From contig JBKECW010000040.1 in the NCBI GenBank assembly GCA_047975005.1, positions 12,496 to 76,495 of the forward strand: a stretch of 64,000 bases of DNA. Direction: 5' to 3'. This document shows, in pieces, positions 1 to 10,322 of the stretch (position 1 is the first letter of the stretch; every line of letters starts with the position of its first letter). Below the pieces are notes generated by a model. The model searched no databases, had not been told where the DNA came from, and was given only the letters and a program-made list of their open reading frames with translations. The DNA comes from Bacteroidales bacterium. Its GTDB lineage: Bacteria; Bacteroidota; Bacteroidia; Bacteroidales; Prolixibacteraceae. Made by a program: the position numbers and the translations under genes.

Positions 1-67
1 ATGGAGAGTAATCAAAAAAATACGCTTAAATATTCTATTTGTATGCTAAAAATTGAAGCGGTTTTCT

Positions 68-75
68 TACATTTG
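68..75 (+). promoter_or_regulatory. Candidate Bacteroidota -7 promoter box (TAcaTTTG) for the fumarate reductase operon
   Basis: Exact TAnnTTTG match 41 nt upstream of the ATG at 116. No well-spaced -33 TTTG was seen. Confidence 0.4.
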
Positions 76-115
76 TGCAAGAAATTTTAGTAAACTCATT
101 TAATAGATTCAAAGT

Positions 116-817
116 ATGGGAAACTTTTTTTGTTCCTCAGTAGGGAAAAAGTTTGTTATGGGTATTTCAGGAGCTTTCCTGGCGATATTCATTTTAGTAC
201 ACTTGGTGCTTAATAGTCTTGCCTTATTTGATGATAGTGGCGATTTGTACAACATGGGAGCTCATTTCATGGCTACAAATCCACTAATCAAAGTAATGGA
301 GCCGATTTTGGCACTAGGTTTTGTTGTACATATTGTTTATTCCTTTATTCTGTCTTACCAGAATTGGAAAGCACGTCCGGTAAAGTATGCCATGTCTAAA
401 ATTAAAGGCAGCAGCACTTGGGCATCGCGCAATATGTTAATCTTAGGACTCCTTGTCCTCGTTTTTATCGGTATGCACTTAATGCATTTCTTCGCCAAAA
501 TAAAACTTGGCATTGGTGGTCACCCCGAAACAGTTACTGTTATGCAGGCCGGTGTGCCTGTTGAGATGGAGAATGTATACGCTATGATTAAAGAGCTCTT
601 CTCAGGAACATGCGGACTTGTTTATGGCGGATTGTACGTGCTAGGAGGCATTTTGTTGGGTTTGCACCTGACTCACGGCTTCTGGTCGGCATTCCAGTCT
701 ATGGGACTGAACAATAAAGTATGGAAGAACCGCTGGATGTGTATCAGCAAGATATATGCATGGGTTATAGCTGTAGGTTATTGTATGATTCCTATATATT
801 TCCTAATTAAATTCTAA
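116..817 (+). CDS. sdhC: Succinate dehydrogenase/fumarate reductase cytochrome b subunit
   Basis: 233-aa polytopic hydrophobic ORF with conserved His residues, directly upstream of the flavoprotein and Fe-S subunits. This is the Bacteroides-type three-gene arrangement. Confidence 0.85.
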   Translation: MGNFFCSSVGKKFVMGISGAFLAIFILVHLVLNSLALFDDSGDLYNMGAHFMATNPLIKVMEPILALGFVVHIVYSFILSYQNWKARPVKYAMSKIKGSSTWASRNMLILGLLVLVFIGMHLMHFFAKIKLGIGGHPETVTVMQAGVPVEMENVYAMIKELFSGTCGLVYGGLYVLGGILLGLHLTHGFWSAFQSMGLNNKVWKNRWMCISKIYAWVIAVGYCMIPIYFLIKF

Positions 818-854
818 GAAGAAAAGTCTTCTTGACGATAAAAAAATCAGTAAT

Positions 855-2795
855 ATGAACATATTAGATCCAAAAATACCAGAAGGTCCATTGGCAGAAA
901 AATGGACAAAACATAAAGCCGAGATAAAAGTAGTTAGTCCGGCAAACAAACGCAAATTGGAAGTTATTGTTGTTGGTACAGGATTGGCAGGAGCATCTGC
1001 AGCTGCATCATTGGCAGAGCTAGGCTATAAGGTAAAAGCATTTTGCTATCAAGATAGTCCTCGCCGAGCGCACTCTATTGCAGCTCAAGGAGGTATTAAT
1101 GCCGCAAAAAACTACCAAAACGACAACGATTCAGTATACAGACTATTTTACGACACAATAAAAGGGGGAGATTATAGAGCTCGTGAGGCTAATGTATATC
1201 GCCTTGCAGAGGTGTCGCCAAATATTATCGACCAGTGTGTTGCTCAGGGAGTGCCATTTGGTCGTGAATACGGCGGTACACTTGCCAACCGTTCGTTCGG
1301 AGGAGTATTGGTAAGTAGAACCTTCTATGCACGTGGGCAAACCGGTCAGCAGTTGTTGCTGGGAGCATACTCGGCACTAAATCGTCAAATCGACAAAGGA
1401 ACTGTCGAGATGTATAACCGTCACGAGATGCTAGATGTTGTCGTTATTGACGGCAAAGCACGAGGCATCATTGTTAGGGATATGATCAATGGCGAGATAA
1501 AAAGATTCGGAGCACATGCAGTAGTTATCGCATCTGGTGGATACGGCAACGTGTTCTTCCTGTCTACCAATGCAATGGGGTGTAATGCCTCTGCATCATG
1601 GGTAGCATACAAACGAGGTGCAAGCATGTCAAACCCTTGCTATGTACAGATTCACCCAACTTGTATTCCGGTGCATGGCGACCAACAGTCGAAACTGACG
1701 CTCATGTCCGAATCATTGCGTAACGACGGGCGTGTTTGGGTACCCAAGAAAAAAGAAGATGCCGAGAAACTTCAAAAGGGAGAAATAAGAGCCAATGATA
1801 TACCCGATGAAGATAGAGATTTTTATCTAGAGCGTAGATATCCTTCTTATGGAAACCTTGTTCCTCGAGATGTTGCCTCGCGTGCTGCAAAAGAGCGCTG
1901 CGATGCCGGATTTGGTGTCAATAATACAGGATTGGCGGTATTTCTTGATTTCAAATACTCCATCGAGAGACTAGGAAAGAACGTTATTGAAGCTCGCTAT
2001 GGAAACTTATTTCAGATGTACGAGAAAATTACCGATGTAGACCCCTACAAAGAGCCTATGATGATTTATCCTGCGATTCACTATTCGATGGGAGGAACAT
2101 GGGTAGACTACAATCTGATGACAACTGTGAAAGGACTTTACTCTATTGGCGAGGCAAACTTCTCGGATCACGGGGCAAACCGTTTGGGAGCATCTGCATT
2201 GATGCAGGGACTTGCTGATGGTTACTTTGTTCTTCCATACACTATTGGCGACTATTTGGCAGACGAAATAATGACTCCAACGATAGATGTTAATTCGGCA
2301 GAATTTGAGCAAGTCGAAAAAGAAGTTACTGATAGGCTCAATAAGCTATATAATATCAAAGGTTCTAAATCGGTAGATTATTTCCATAAAAAACTTGGGC
2401 ACATTATGTGGGAGTACGTTGGTATGTCTCGTAATGCCGAAGGTCTAAAGAAAGCAATTGAAGAAATCAAGGAGCTGAAAAAAGAATATTGGAGCGATGT
2501 GAGAATACCTGGTGAAATGAGTAACATAAACCCCGAATTAGAGAAAGCTAGCCGTGTAGCAGATTTCTTTGAGTTGGGCGAACTTATGGCGCGCGATGCA
2601 TTAGAGCGCAACGAGTCTTGTGGAGGGCACTTCAGAGAAGAGTCCGTAACGGCAGATGGAGAGGCAAAAAGGGACGATAGCATTGGCTGTTATGCTTCGG
2701 CATGGGAGTATAAAGGCGAGGATGCAGAACCCGAGTTGCACAAAGAACCATTGGCTTTTGAGAATGTTAAACTTACTCAGCGTAGCTACAAGTAA
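855..2795 (+). CDS. sdhA: Succinate dehydrogenase/fumarate reductase flavoprotein subunit
   Basis: N-terminal FAD fold [12 protein letters not shown], covalent-FAD His context [15 protein letters not shown], and a HYSMGG motif. 646 aa. Confidence 0.95.
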   Translation: MNILDPKIPEGPLAEKWTKHKAEIKVVSPANKRKLEVIVVGTGLAGASAAASLAELGYKVKAFCYQDSPRRAHSIAAQGGINAAKNYQNDNDSVYRLFYDTIKGGDYRAREANVYRLAEVSPNIIDQCVAQGVPFGREYGGTLANRSFGGVLVSRTFYARGQTGQQLLLGAYSALNRQIDKGTVEMYNRHEMLDVVVIDGKARGIIVRDMINGEIKRFGAHAVVIASGGYGNVFFLSTNAMGCNASASWVAYKRGASMSNPCYVQIHPTCIPVHGDQQSKLTLMSESLRNDGRVWVPKKKEDAEKLQKGEIRANDIPDEDRDFYLERRYPSYGNLVPRDVASRAAKERCDAGFGVNNTGLAVFLDFKYSIERLGKNVIEARYGNLFQMYEKITDVDPYKEPMMIYPAIHYSMGGTWVDYNLMTTVKGLYSIGEANFSDHGANRLGASALMQGLADGYFVLPYTIGDYLADEIMTPTIDVNSAEFEQVEKEVTDRLNKLYNIKGSKSVDYFHKKLGHIMWEYVGMSRNAEGLKKAIEEIKELKKEYWSDVRIPGEMSNINPELEKASRVADFFELGELMARDALERNESCGGHFREESVTADGEAKRDDSIGCYASAWEYKGEDAEPELHKEPLAFENVKLTQRSYK

Positions 2796-2834
2796 TTTAA
2801 TGTTAATCATTCATTTACAAAAAAAGGAATCATT

Positions 2835-3596
2835 ATGTCTGAAAAGATATTGAATAATTTAAAAATAAAAGTTTGGCGTCAGAATAACGCCAAAGACAAA
2901 GGACGGTTTGAAACCTATCCGCTTGACAATATATCAACGGGATCCTCATTCCTTGAAATGATGGACATCCTGAATGATAATTTGATTAACGAGGGCAAAG
3001 ACCCCATAGCATTTGATCACGATTGTCGCGAGGGTATTTGCGGAATGTGTAGTCTATATATAGATGGGCGTCCACACGGGCCGGATACAGAAATCACCAC
3101 CTGCCAGCTGCATATGCGTAGGTTTAAGGATGGTGCGACAATCACAATCGAGCCATGGCGTTCGGGAGCTTTTCCTGTAATCAAAGATTTGATAGTTGAT
3201 AGAACAGCGTTTGAAAAAATACAACAAGCAGGCGCGTATGTATCAGTAAATACAGGAGGTGTGCCTGACGGTAATGCTATTCCCGTCGGATACAACGATG
3301 CAGAAGAAGCAATGGATGCAGCTGCATGTGTGGGCTGTGGTGCATGTGTTGCCTCCTGCAAAAATGGCTCGGCAATGCTTTTTGTCTCGGCAAAAGTTTC
3401 GCAGTTTGCAAAACTTCCGCAAGGTAAGGTGGAGGCAAAGCAACGAGTTGACCGCATGGTTTCGAAAATGGACGAGCTGGGTTTTGGCAACTGTACCAAT
3501 ACAGGAGCCTGCGAAATAGAATGCCCTAAAGGTATATCTATTGCAAATATCGCTCGCTTGAATAGAGAATACTTTTGTTCGAAAATATCGCAATAG
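2835..3596 (+). CDS. sdhB: Succinate dehydrogenase/fumarate reductase iron-sulfur subunit
   Basis: Three Cys clusters: CREGICGMC (2Fe-2S), [11 protein letters not shown] (4Fe-4S) and [12 protein letters not shown] (3Fe-4S). Confidence 0.95.
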   Translation: MSEKILNNLKIKVWRQNNAKDKGRFETYPLDNISTGSSFLEMMDILNDNLINEGKDPIAFDHDCREGICGMCSLYIDGRPHGPDTEITTCQLHMRRFKDGATITIEPWRSGAFPVIKDLIVDRTAFEKIQQAGAYVSVNTGGVPDGNAIPVGYNDAEEAMDAAACVGCGACVASCKNGSAMLFVSAKVSQFAKLPQGKVEAKQRVDRMVSKMDELGFGNCTNTGACEIECPKGISIANIARLNREYFCSKISQ

Positions 3597-3620
3597 TATA
3601 ATTGTTTAGTACATATAAAA

Positions 3621-3651
3621 ATAGCGACAAGTTTACTTGTCGCTATTTTTG
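3621..3651 (+). terminator. Rho-independent terminator after sdhB
   Basis: Inverted repeat atagcgacaagt / acttgtcgctat followed by a T5 run, 25 nt after the stop codon. Confidence 0.75.
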
Positions 3652-3664
3652 TATGTACACATTA

Positions 3665-3696
3665 TTTGTGAGGTCAATATTAAAGAGCTAACTTTG
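3665..3696 (+). promoter_or_regulatory. Candidate promoter of trpS (-33 TTTG, 20-nt spacer, -7 TAacTTTG)
   Basis: TTTG at 3665-3668 and TAACTTTG at 3689-3696, with consensus spacing for Bacteroides primary-sigma promoters. Confidence 0.55.
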
Positions 3697-3823
3697 CGCA
3701 TTGAATATGTAAAATGAAACTATCCCTGAGACGAGTTCTTACACAAGAGGATGGCTATATTGGCAATATGCACCCGGCTGGCGGCAAGGTGGATGTGCCA
3801 ATAAAAAACAAAATAAAAAACAC

Positions 3824-4837
3824 GTGAAAACACAAAATAAACAGCTTAAAGTAACCAGTGGCATAAGGCCAACCGGAATGTTGCACCTGGGTAACTACTT
3901 TGGTGCAGTAAAAAACTTCTTGCGCTTGCAGAACGAATTTGAATGCTACTTTTTTATTGCAGACGCACACTCACTGACAACTCATCCAACTCCAAAGAAT
4001 CTTCACGACGGAGTGCACCAAGTGTTAGCCGAATATCTGGCATGCGGAGTAGATCCCGAGAAGTGCAGTCTTTATATTCAAAGTGACGTTACCGAAGTAT
4101 ACGAGTTATACACCTACCTCAATATGAACGCCTACTTGGGAGAGTTGGAGCGGACAACATCATTTAAGGATAAAGCCCGTGCCCAGCCCGACAATGTCAA
4201 TGCAGGGCTATTGACATATCCGGTGTTGATGGCAGCAGATATTGTAATACACAAGGCAGACTTGGTGCCGGTAGGGAAAGATCAAGAGCAAAACCTTGAG
4301 ATGGCGCGCAAATTTGCACGCCGTTTTAATCAGATGTATGGTGCAGAGGTGTTCCCAATACCAAGAGCCTATAGGTTTGGAAACGAGGAAATGATAAAAA
4401 TACCCGGCCTCGACGGAAGTGGAAAAATGGGAAAATCTGAAGGCAACGGAATATTCTTGTACGAAGACGAAAAAAGCATAAGAAAAAAAGTAATGCGTGC
4501 CGTTACAGATTCCGGACCAACCGAACCCAACTCGCAAAAGACCGATGCCGTAGAAAACCTCTTTACACTTATGAAAGTGGTATCTACGCCTGATGTTGTA
4601 GCGCATTTTGACAAGCAGTATGCCGACTGTAGCATACGTTATGGAGACATGAAAAAGCAACTCGCCGAAGATATTGTTAACTTTGTAAACCCGATAAGGG
4701 CACGCATTGACGATATAAAAAACAATGACGAGTATCTGGCAAAAGTAGTGAGAAATGGGGCAGAGAAAGCAAGAGAATCAGCATCTGCAACACTCAAAGA
4801 GGTCAGAGGAGTAATCGGTTTTAAGAAATTTTATTGA
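3824..4837 (+). CDS. trpS: Tryptophan--tRNA ligase
   Basis: HIGH-type motif GMLHLGNYFGA and KMSKS-type motif GKMGKS. The size is typical of class Ic TrpS. The start appears to be GTG, because no in-frame ATG precedes the HIGH region. Confidence 0.93.
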   Translation: MKTQNKQLKVTSGIRPTGMLHLGNYFGAVKNFLRLQNEFECYFFIADAHSLTTHPTPKNLHDGVHQVLAEYLACGVDPEKCSLYIQSDVTEVYELYTYLNMNAYLGELERTTSFKDKARAQPDNVNAGLLTYPVLMAADIVIHKADLVPVGKDQEQNLEMARKFARRFNQMYGAEVFPIPRAYRFGNEEMIKIPGLDGSGKMGKSEGNGIFLYEDEKSIRKKVMRAVTDSGPTEPNSQKTDAVENLFTLMKVVSTPDVVAHFDKQYADCSIRYGDMKKQLAEDIVNFVNPIRARIDDIKNNDEYLAKVVRNGAEKARESASATLKEVRGVIGFKKFY

Positions 4838-4984
4838 TGGAGAAATATTTTAAGTAGTGGTTTAGGGCACTTCCAAACCGCTAGTTAATAATACTTGGAA
4901 TCACGGAAGAAAGGCGTAATTTTAATAGTATTGTCAGTAGAATATCCGAGCATCTGACATATTGCAGTATCAAGAATGTAAAAT

Positions 4985-5416
4985 ATGGAAGTAAGAATAA
5001 TAAATCAATCACATCACGCCCTGCCGCACTATGCAACAGCGCAATCAGCGGGTATGGATTTGAGGGCAAATCTGGAGACAGACCTAGAACTGAAGCCCAT
5101 GGAACGTAAGATAATACCGACAGGTTTGTATATAGAATTGCCAGTAGGCTATGAGGCTCAAGTGCGACCACGCAGCGGTTTGTCTATCAAGCATGGTATT
5201 ACAGTACTCAATACTCCCGGTACAATAGATGCAGACTATAGAGGAGAAATAGGAGTTGTCCTGATAAATCTCTCGGCGGAGAAATTTATTGTAAAAGACG
5301 GAGAGCGAATTGCACAGATGGTCATCGCAAAACACGAATCTATAATATGGAATGAGGTCGATGTGTTGAGCGATACAGACAGAGGCTCCGGAGGGTTTGG
5401 ACACACCGGAAAGTAA
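4985..5416 (+). CDS. dut: dUTP diphosphatase
   Basis: dUTPase motifs [16 protein letters not shown] and the C-terminal [10 protein letters not shown]. 143 aa. Confidence 0.95.
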   Translation: MEVRIINQSHHALPHYATAQSAGMDLRANLETDLELKPMERKIIPTGLYIELPVGYEAQVRPRSGLSIKHGITVLNTPGTIDADYRGEIGVVLINLSAEKFIVKDGERIAQMVIAKHESIIWNEVDVLSDTDRGSGGFGHTGK

Positions 5417-5450
5417 ATGCATTATAAATAAAATGCTCTAAAACCTGAAA

Positions 5451-7208
5451 ATGAATATGAAGACACGAATATTAGTGAGCATTCTACTATTTTTAATAGG
5501 AGTGCAACAATCTACGGCACAAAATAGAACAAACTCAGACTCAGTAAACAACGACGCGCTAACTACCGCCGGATTTAAAACTTTGTATATTGATGCATTG
5601 AAATACAAAATGTTGGGCGTTACAGAAAAGGCAATTAGCAACCTAGTCGATTGCATAGAGATTGACCCTACATCTTCGGCGTCATTGCAACAGCTTGGGG
5701 TAATGCATCTTATGGCCAGAGACATAGACAATGCCGAAAAGTATTTTACTCAGGCTGCAAAGTACAATCCCGACAACAAGCAGTATACCCAAGATTTAAT
5801 TAGGTTTTATGGTATGATTAAGCAGCCTATCAAAGCAGCACAAGCCTACGATAATATGCCATTAGGAAGCAAAGACGAGAATGTCAAAAACAAAATTAGT
5901 CAGGCAAACTTATACATGCAGGGCGGAGACTACAAGTCAGCAGAAACAATATTGGACGAATTGTCAAAATCAGAATCCGACAATACAGATTTAGTGCTGC
6001 TAAGAGCAAACTTGTACGCACTGCAAGGAGAGCGTAGCAAGGCAGAAAGGTATATTGAAAAGCAGCTCGACAAAGACCCGAATAATATCAAGTATCTTGA
6101 GGGACTGATGAATATGTATTCGCAAGCAAACAATGAAGATAAATTTATCGAAACTGCCAACAGAATATTAGCAATAGACAGTAATAACCCGGGAGTTTGC
6201 TATTGGTTGGCAGGATATTATGCCGACAAAAAAAAATACAATATGTCTCTCGGATACGCTTTGCTGGTCATAAATAACCCTAATATCCCCAGCGAGTTGA
6301 AACTCAATCTGGTGCAGGCATTTGTGTCAAAACAAGACGATCGTGGCATCAGTGGCGCATCGCGATTTAGCGACGTTCAGCAAGAAGCAATCGTAAACAG
6401 TCTTATAGAATCTAGTCCTCAAGATGCAGGAGGCTACTCATTGCTGGCGACATTGTGCCTAAACAATAGGAAACTGAAAGAGGCAGAGCGTGCCCTACAA
6501 AAATCCTTAGAGTTAGATCCGTCAAATTATTCGGACTGGGGGCGTTTGTTGTTGGTGCAAAATGAGAATGGAGACATGGACGAGCTTGAGAAAACAGCGA
6601 GTAAAGTGAACGAATTGTTCCCCAGCCAGCCTTTGCCTATATTGTTTAAAGGCTTTGCAATGTACGAGAACAAAGACTATCAAGCACTGATAGACATGCT
6701 TGATTCAGAGATGGATTTGTTTGTCGATGCCGAGATGAAATCACAAGCACTAATGCTGAAAGCCGGCAGCTACGAGAAGCTTGGCGATATAGAAAAGAGC
6801 TATGCTCAGTATGAGAGCATCTTAAAATTTAGTCCTGATGATATTCTTGCCCTTAACAACTACGCATACTTAATCTCTGAGAATAACGGCGACTTGCGCA
6901 GAGCTGAGAAAATGAGTGCCAAAACCATTGGGAGGGATGCTAGAAATTCAACATATCTGGACACCTATGCGTGGATACTATTTAGGCAAAAGGAATACTC
7001 CTTGGCAAAATATTATATAGAGTCTTGTATTCAGAATCTAAAGGAGGGCGAAGAGAGCGGAGTGATATACGAGCACTACGGAGATATATTATTTATGAAT
7101 GGAGATACAGACGAAGCGATGCAGCAGTGGAAGAGGGCTAAAGAATTGGGAGGAGATGTATCGAAAGACTTGGATGAGAAAATTTCCTCGGGCAAGATTG
7201 TAGATTAA
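5451..7208 (+). CDS. Secreted tetratricopeptide (TPR) repeat protein
   Basis: Signal peptide ending STA|Q, followed by repeated 34-aa Ala/Tyr/Leu-patterned helical repeats (for example AEKYFTQAAKYNPDN and AERALQKSLELDPSN). Confidence 0.75.
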   Translation: MNMKTRILVSILLFLIGVQQSTAQNRTNSDSVNNDALTTAGFKTLYIDALKYKMLGVTEKAISNLVDCIEIDPTSSASLQQLGVMHLMARDIDNAEKYFTQAAKYNPDNKQYTQDLIRFYGMIKQPIKAAQAYDNMPLGSKDENVKNKISQANLYMQGGDYKSAETILDELSKSESDNTDLVLLRANLYALQGERSKAERYIEKQLDKDPNNIKYLEGLMNMYSQANNEDKFIETANRILAIDSNNPGVCYWLAGYYADKKKYNMSLGYALLVINNPNIPSELKLNLVQAFVSKQDDRGISGASRFSDVQQEAIVNSLIESSPQDAGGYSLLATLCLNNRKLKEAERALQKSLELDPSNYSDWGRLLLVQNENGDMDELEKTASKVNELFPSQPLPILFKGFAMYENKDYQALIDMLDSEMDLFVDAEMKSQALMLKAGSYEKLGDIEKSYAQYESILKFSPDDILALNNYAYLISENNGDLRRAEKMSAKTIGRDARNSTYLDTYAWILFRQKEYSLAKYYIESCIQNLKEGEESGVIYEHYGDILFMNGDTDEAMQQWKRAKELGGDVSKDLDEKISSGKIVD

Positions 7209-7211
7209 ACT

Positions 7212-8144
7212 ATGTATAGAAACATGAAACGTTTTTTTTGTAAATTGTATTCAATAAGGCTTGTGATATTGCTTTTCGCCATTGCTGGCTTGCAGTCCTG
7301 TAACACAAAGAAACATATATCAGCAGCAAATGATGTCGACAAGATAGAGCCCTTAAGTGAGGTTGAAAACATAAACGTAAAGAAAGTCTTTGATGGTCTT
7401 GTTAAAGCAAACTATCCATACAAAAGCATTGTTGCAAACAAGGTTAGCATAAATATTAATAAAGACGGAGACGAAATGTCGTTCCAATCTTCTATACGGA
7501 TATTGCGGGATTCTGCGGCAGAGATATCTGTGCGTAAATTCTCTATTCCTGCGGGAAAAGTTTTTTTTACCACAGACTCCGTATACTATATCAACAACCT
7601 AATGCGCGAGTATATTGCATCAGATTACGAGCTTGTGAGAGCTATAATTGATTTTGACTTTAACTACTGCATCGTACAAGCAATTCTCAGCGACTTGATG
7701 TGCGATCCAAATATAGAAGATGTTGACAAGCTGCACAAAATATTTTCGGCATATAGTATCGATGATAAATATGTCTTGACATCTCTGAAAGACAGAAAGA
7801 TACGAAAAATTGAAGAGAAAGGACAGTTCCAAAAACTCGACGCATATTTGAGAAAGTATGATACCGAAAGCATGATTTATCGAAGATATGAGTTTGATAA
7901 GGAAAGCAGACGCCTGAAAAGTGTCAGTTATAGAGACCTCCTTAATAATAGAAACCTGGCAATTGAATATTCAAACTTTAAAGAGTTCGATAACAGCAAA
8001 GAGTTATTCCCTCGGCAGATAGATATAAACTATGGAGATGATAAGCATAGTATAAACGTCTCTGTAAGAATAAACAAGATAAATCTAGACGTAAACTATT
8101 CTACAGATATAAGAATTCCGTCCAACTACAAAAAAAGATTTTAA
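7212..8144 (+). CDS. Lipoprotein, probably DUF4292-like (LolA-like fold)
   Basis: Lipobox FAIAGLQSC. The position after dut and the TPR gene matches the conserved Bacteroides dut-TPR-DUF4292 neighbourhood as I recall it. The family assignment rests on synteny and size only. Confidence 0.5.
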   Translation: MYRNMKRFFCKLYSIRLVILLFAIAGLQSCNTKKHISAANDVDKIEPLSEVENINVKKVFDGLVKANYPYKSIVANKVSININKDGDEMSFQSSIRILRDSAAEISVRKFSIPAGKVFFTTDSVYYINNLMREYIASDYELVRAIIDFDFNYCIVQAILSDLMCDPNIEDVDKLHKIFSAYSIDDKYVLTSLKDRKIRKIEEKGQFQKLDAYLRKYDTESMIYRRYEFDKESRRLKSVSYRDLLNNRNLAIEYSNFKEFDNSKELFPRQIDINYGDDKHSINVSVRINKINLDVNYSTDIRIPSNYKKRF

Positions 8145-8247
8145 GTACCGAGGACTACATGCTAGACCAATTGCTGTAAAAACAGTCGCATTTGAAAGAA
8201 AATACAGATTGAATACGGCTGATTGGCTTGTTGAATAATAATTTGTA

Positions 8248-8255
8248 TATATTTG
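8248..8255 (+). promoter_or_regulatory. Candidate -7 box TAtaTTTG upstream of ORF 8277
   Basis: Exact TAnnTTTG match 22 nt upstream of the ATG. Confidence 0.35.
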
Positions 8256-8276
8256 TAGTCGATAAAAAAGAATATT

Positions 8277-9212
8277 ATGAATGACAATAAAATAACAAAC
8301 CAAGACCAACAAGTATCTAATAGCTATTTGGACGAACGAAGTTCTAACAATAAAAGGAACAATCTAATTATAATAATACTTCTGGCATTGCTAGGAGTGT
8401 TGGCATATCTGTATTTTAGCCAGCGCACCCAGTTTAAAGGCTTTGAACAAGCAATGACCGTCGAGAGGGACTCGTTAAAGTCAGAGCTCAACACAATGAT
8501 AATAGGTTACGATTCGCTTTCGTCAGAAAACGACACTCTTAGCCATGAAATGTTACAGGAGAGAGACAGAGCAGACAGCCTTATAAAAGTTTTAGATCAA
8601 CAAAAGAGGTTGAGCTACCAAGAAATATCAAAATACAAAAAAGAAGTCGGTACTCTACGCGGTATAATGCGCAATTTTGTGAAACAGATAGACTCGCTCA
8701 ATGCCAAGAACGAATCTCTAATGGCTCAGGTTCAGGGGCTACAAAGCGACTATACCGCAGTGCAATCCGAGAAACAACAAATTGAGCAGTCGCGCAACCA
8801 GTTGCAAAAGGTAGTAGACAAGGCATCGAAGCTATCGGTGCGAGACTTTGGCGCAAGTTTGATAAACAAACGCGGAACGCCGGTAGATAAACGGCGGAGT
8901 GCAGTACAAATAGTCGTTGGTTTTGTAGTGAATGAAAACATCACTGCTAGCCGAGGCTCCAAAACAGCGTATGTGCGCATCGAAAGACCGGACCAAATTG
9001 TGATGGTCAGCTCTGCAAACAATATATTTAAATACGAAAACAGTAATCTGCTTTACTCAATGAAGCGAGACTTCATATATGAAGGAAAGACTTTGCCCGT
9101 CAACCTCTATTGGGATCAAGGTATAGATGACTTGCCCTTGGGATCTTACACCGTAGATCTATTTATAGATGGCAAAAATATAGCAAGCTCAAAATTTAAC
9201 ATCAATAGATAA
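8277..9212 (+). CDS. Membrane-anchored coiled-coil protein of unknown function
   Basis: One TM helix (LIIIILLALLGVLAYLYF), then about 150 aa of heptad-rich sequence (Q/E/K/L), then a beta-rich C-terminal domain of about 130 aa. I see no catalytic motif. Confidence 0.6.
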   Translation: MNDNKITNQDQQVSNSYLDERSSNNKRNNLIIIILLALLGVLAYLYFSQRTQFKGFEQAMTVERDSLKSELNTMIIGYDSLSSENDTLSHEMLQERDRADSLIKVLDQQKRLSYQEISKYKKEVGTLRGIMRNFVKQIDSLNAKNESLMAQVQGLQSDYTAVQSEKQQIEQSRNQLQKVVDKASKLSVRDFGASLINKRGTPVDKRRSAVQIVVGFVVNENITASRGSKTAYVRIERPDQIVMVSSANNIFKYENSNLLYSMKRDFIYEGKTLPVNLYWDQGIDDLPLGSYTVDLFIDGKNIASSKFNINR

Positions 9213-9255
9213 TTATGTTATATAACATCTGTCGTATATAATATATAGTCTTATA

Positions 9256-9924
9256 ATGAGAGTATTGCAATATATAGAAGATGTTGTATTCCCTCCTGTT
9301 TGCGACGGATGTGGAGGCAAACTGCTCGGTGCCGAAAAAATATTATGTGTTAAATGTCTTTCATCGCTACCATACAATATGGCTTTGGAGTTTGACAATA
9401 ACCTAATTAAGCTTTCCCCGGGTGTTCCCTTTATGTCATTGTTTACTTATCAAAAGGGGAATCTGGCTCAGAGGCTAATATATAAACTGAAGTATGACGG
9501 GCGGAAAGACATAGGCGTATTTTTGGGTAGAATTGTAGGAGAGAACTTGAATAAAACGAAGGCTCATATTGATTTTGTATTGCCAATACCTTTAACTAGT
9601 GTTAAATTTATGATAAGAGGCTTTAATCAAAGCGAAATGATAGCGCGCGGAATTTCAGAAGTTATTAAGGCTCCTGTCAATACCAATATCCTTAGAAGAA
9701 GAATGGGGTTGCGTTCTCAAACACGATTGAACAAGTGGAAACGCTGGGAAAATGTAGAGGAAAAGTTCTTTGTGTCGCCAAATAATCCAATACCGAAGCA
9801 GTCATCCGTATTGGTGGTCGATGATGTGTTTACCACAGGAGCTACTATCACCTCGTGCGTGCGACCGGCAATCGATAAGTTCTCTAAAATCTATGCTTGT
9901 GCTTTGGCAAGTGCATCGCGTTAA
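9256..9924 (+). CDS. comF: ComF-family phosphoribosyltransferase-domain protein
   Basis: N-terminal double Cys pairs (CDGCG...CVKC) and a C-terminal PRPP-binding loop VLVVDDVFTTGATI. Confidence 0.85.
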   Translation: MRVLQYIEDVVFPPVCDGCGGKLLGAEKILCVKCLSSLPYNMALEFDNNLIKLSPGVPFMSLFTYQKGNLAQRLIYKLKYDGRKDIGVFLGRIVGENLNKTKAHIDFVLPIPLTSVKFMIRGFNQSEMIARGISEVIKAPVNTNILRRRMGLRSQTRLNKWKRWENVEEKFFVSPNNPIPKQSSVLVVDDVFTTGATITSCVRPAIDKFSKIYACALASASR

Positions 9925-10190
9925 GAAGTGTGTCGAAAGTAACATTTTTTTTAAAGTAGTGATTAAAACTTTGTAATAGGTGTAAAAAATCAATAGGAAG
10001 CCGGCTTCGAGGCGAGGTCTTACGTAGGAGAGTGATTATATCCTCAGCTCGATATTGACAATAGGCTAGTCTGAGGATAAAACATAAATACCTGAAGAAT
10101 TGACCCGATAATAATATACTATTTTAAATAAAGTCTACATATTTGTTCATGATGCTAGTAGTGTCATTTACAAACGATTATCAGAGGTGC

Positions 10191-10220
10191 TTTTTTTTTT
10201 TCTAAAAAAAAAGAAAAAAA
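10191..10220. repeat. Homopolymeric tract cluster T11-CT-A9-G-A7 upstream of the paralogue array
   Basis: Counted directly: T at 10191-10201, A at 10204-10212, A at 10214-10220. The cluster lies 102 nt upstream of the ATG at 10323. Confidence 0.9.
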
Positions 10221-10322
10221 GTGGAAGATTATTTGTTTTTCTTATTGGTATTGTTTTCCTTTGCAGTGGAAACAAATGGGAATCTGAATACTATTTGAAG
10301 ATAGACGAGATAATATAGCGTT

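Noticed and set aside
3017-3499. A 160-aa ORF antisense to sdhB. Comparable long antisense or out-of-frame ORFs are 12967-13503, 39494-40132, 50952-51392, 53504-53914 and 56024-56491.
   Set aside because: Each lies entirely inside a strongly supported gene on the opposite strand. Their composition is low-complexity Ser/Cys/Ile-rich with no motifs. These are typical shadow ORFs of the real frame.
3697-3823. A T-box riboswitch in the trpS leader.
   Set aside because: I could not identify a specifier loop, a T-box consensus sequence or a terminator/antiterminator pair. T-boxes are not a feature of Bacteroidota to my knowledge.
10069-10080. The 12-mer gtctgaggataa occurs both upstream of the array (10069-10080) and in the intergenic region near 54494-54505.
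   Set aside because: Roughly a hundred chance 12-mer coincidences are expected in a 64-kb window, and the flanks do not match.
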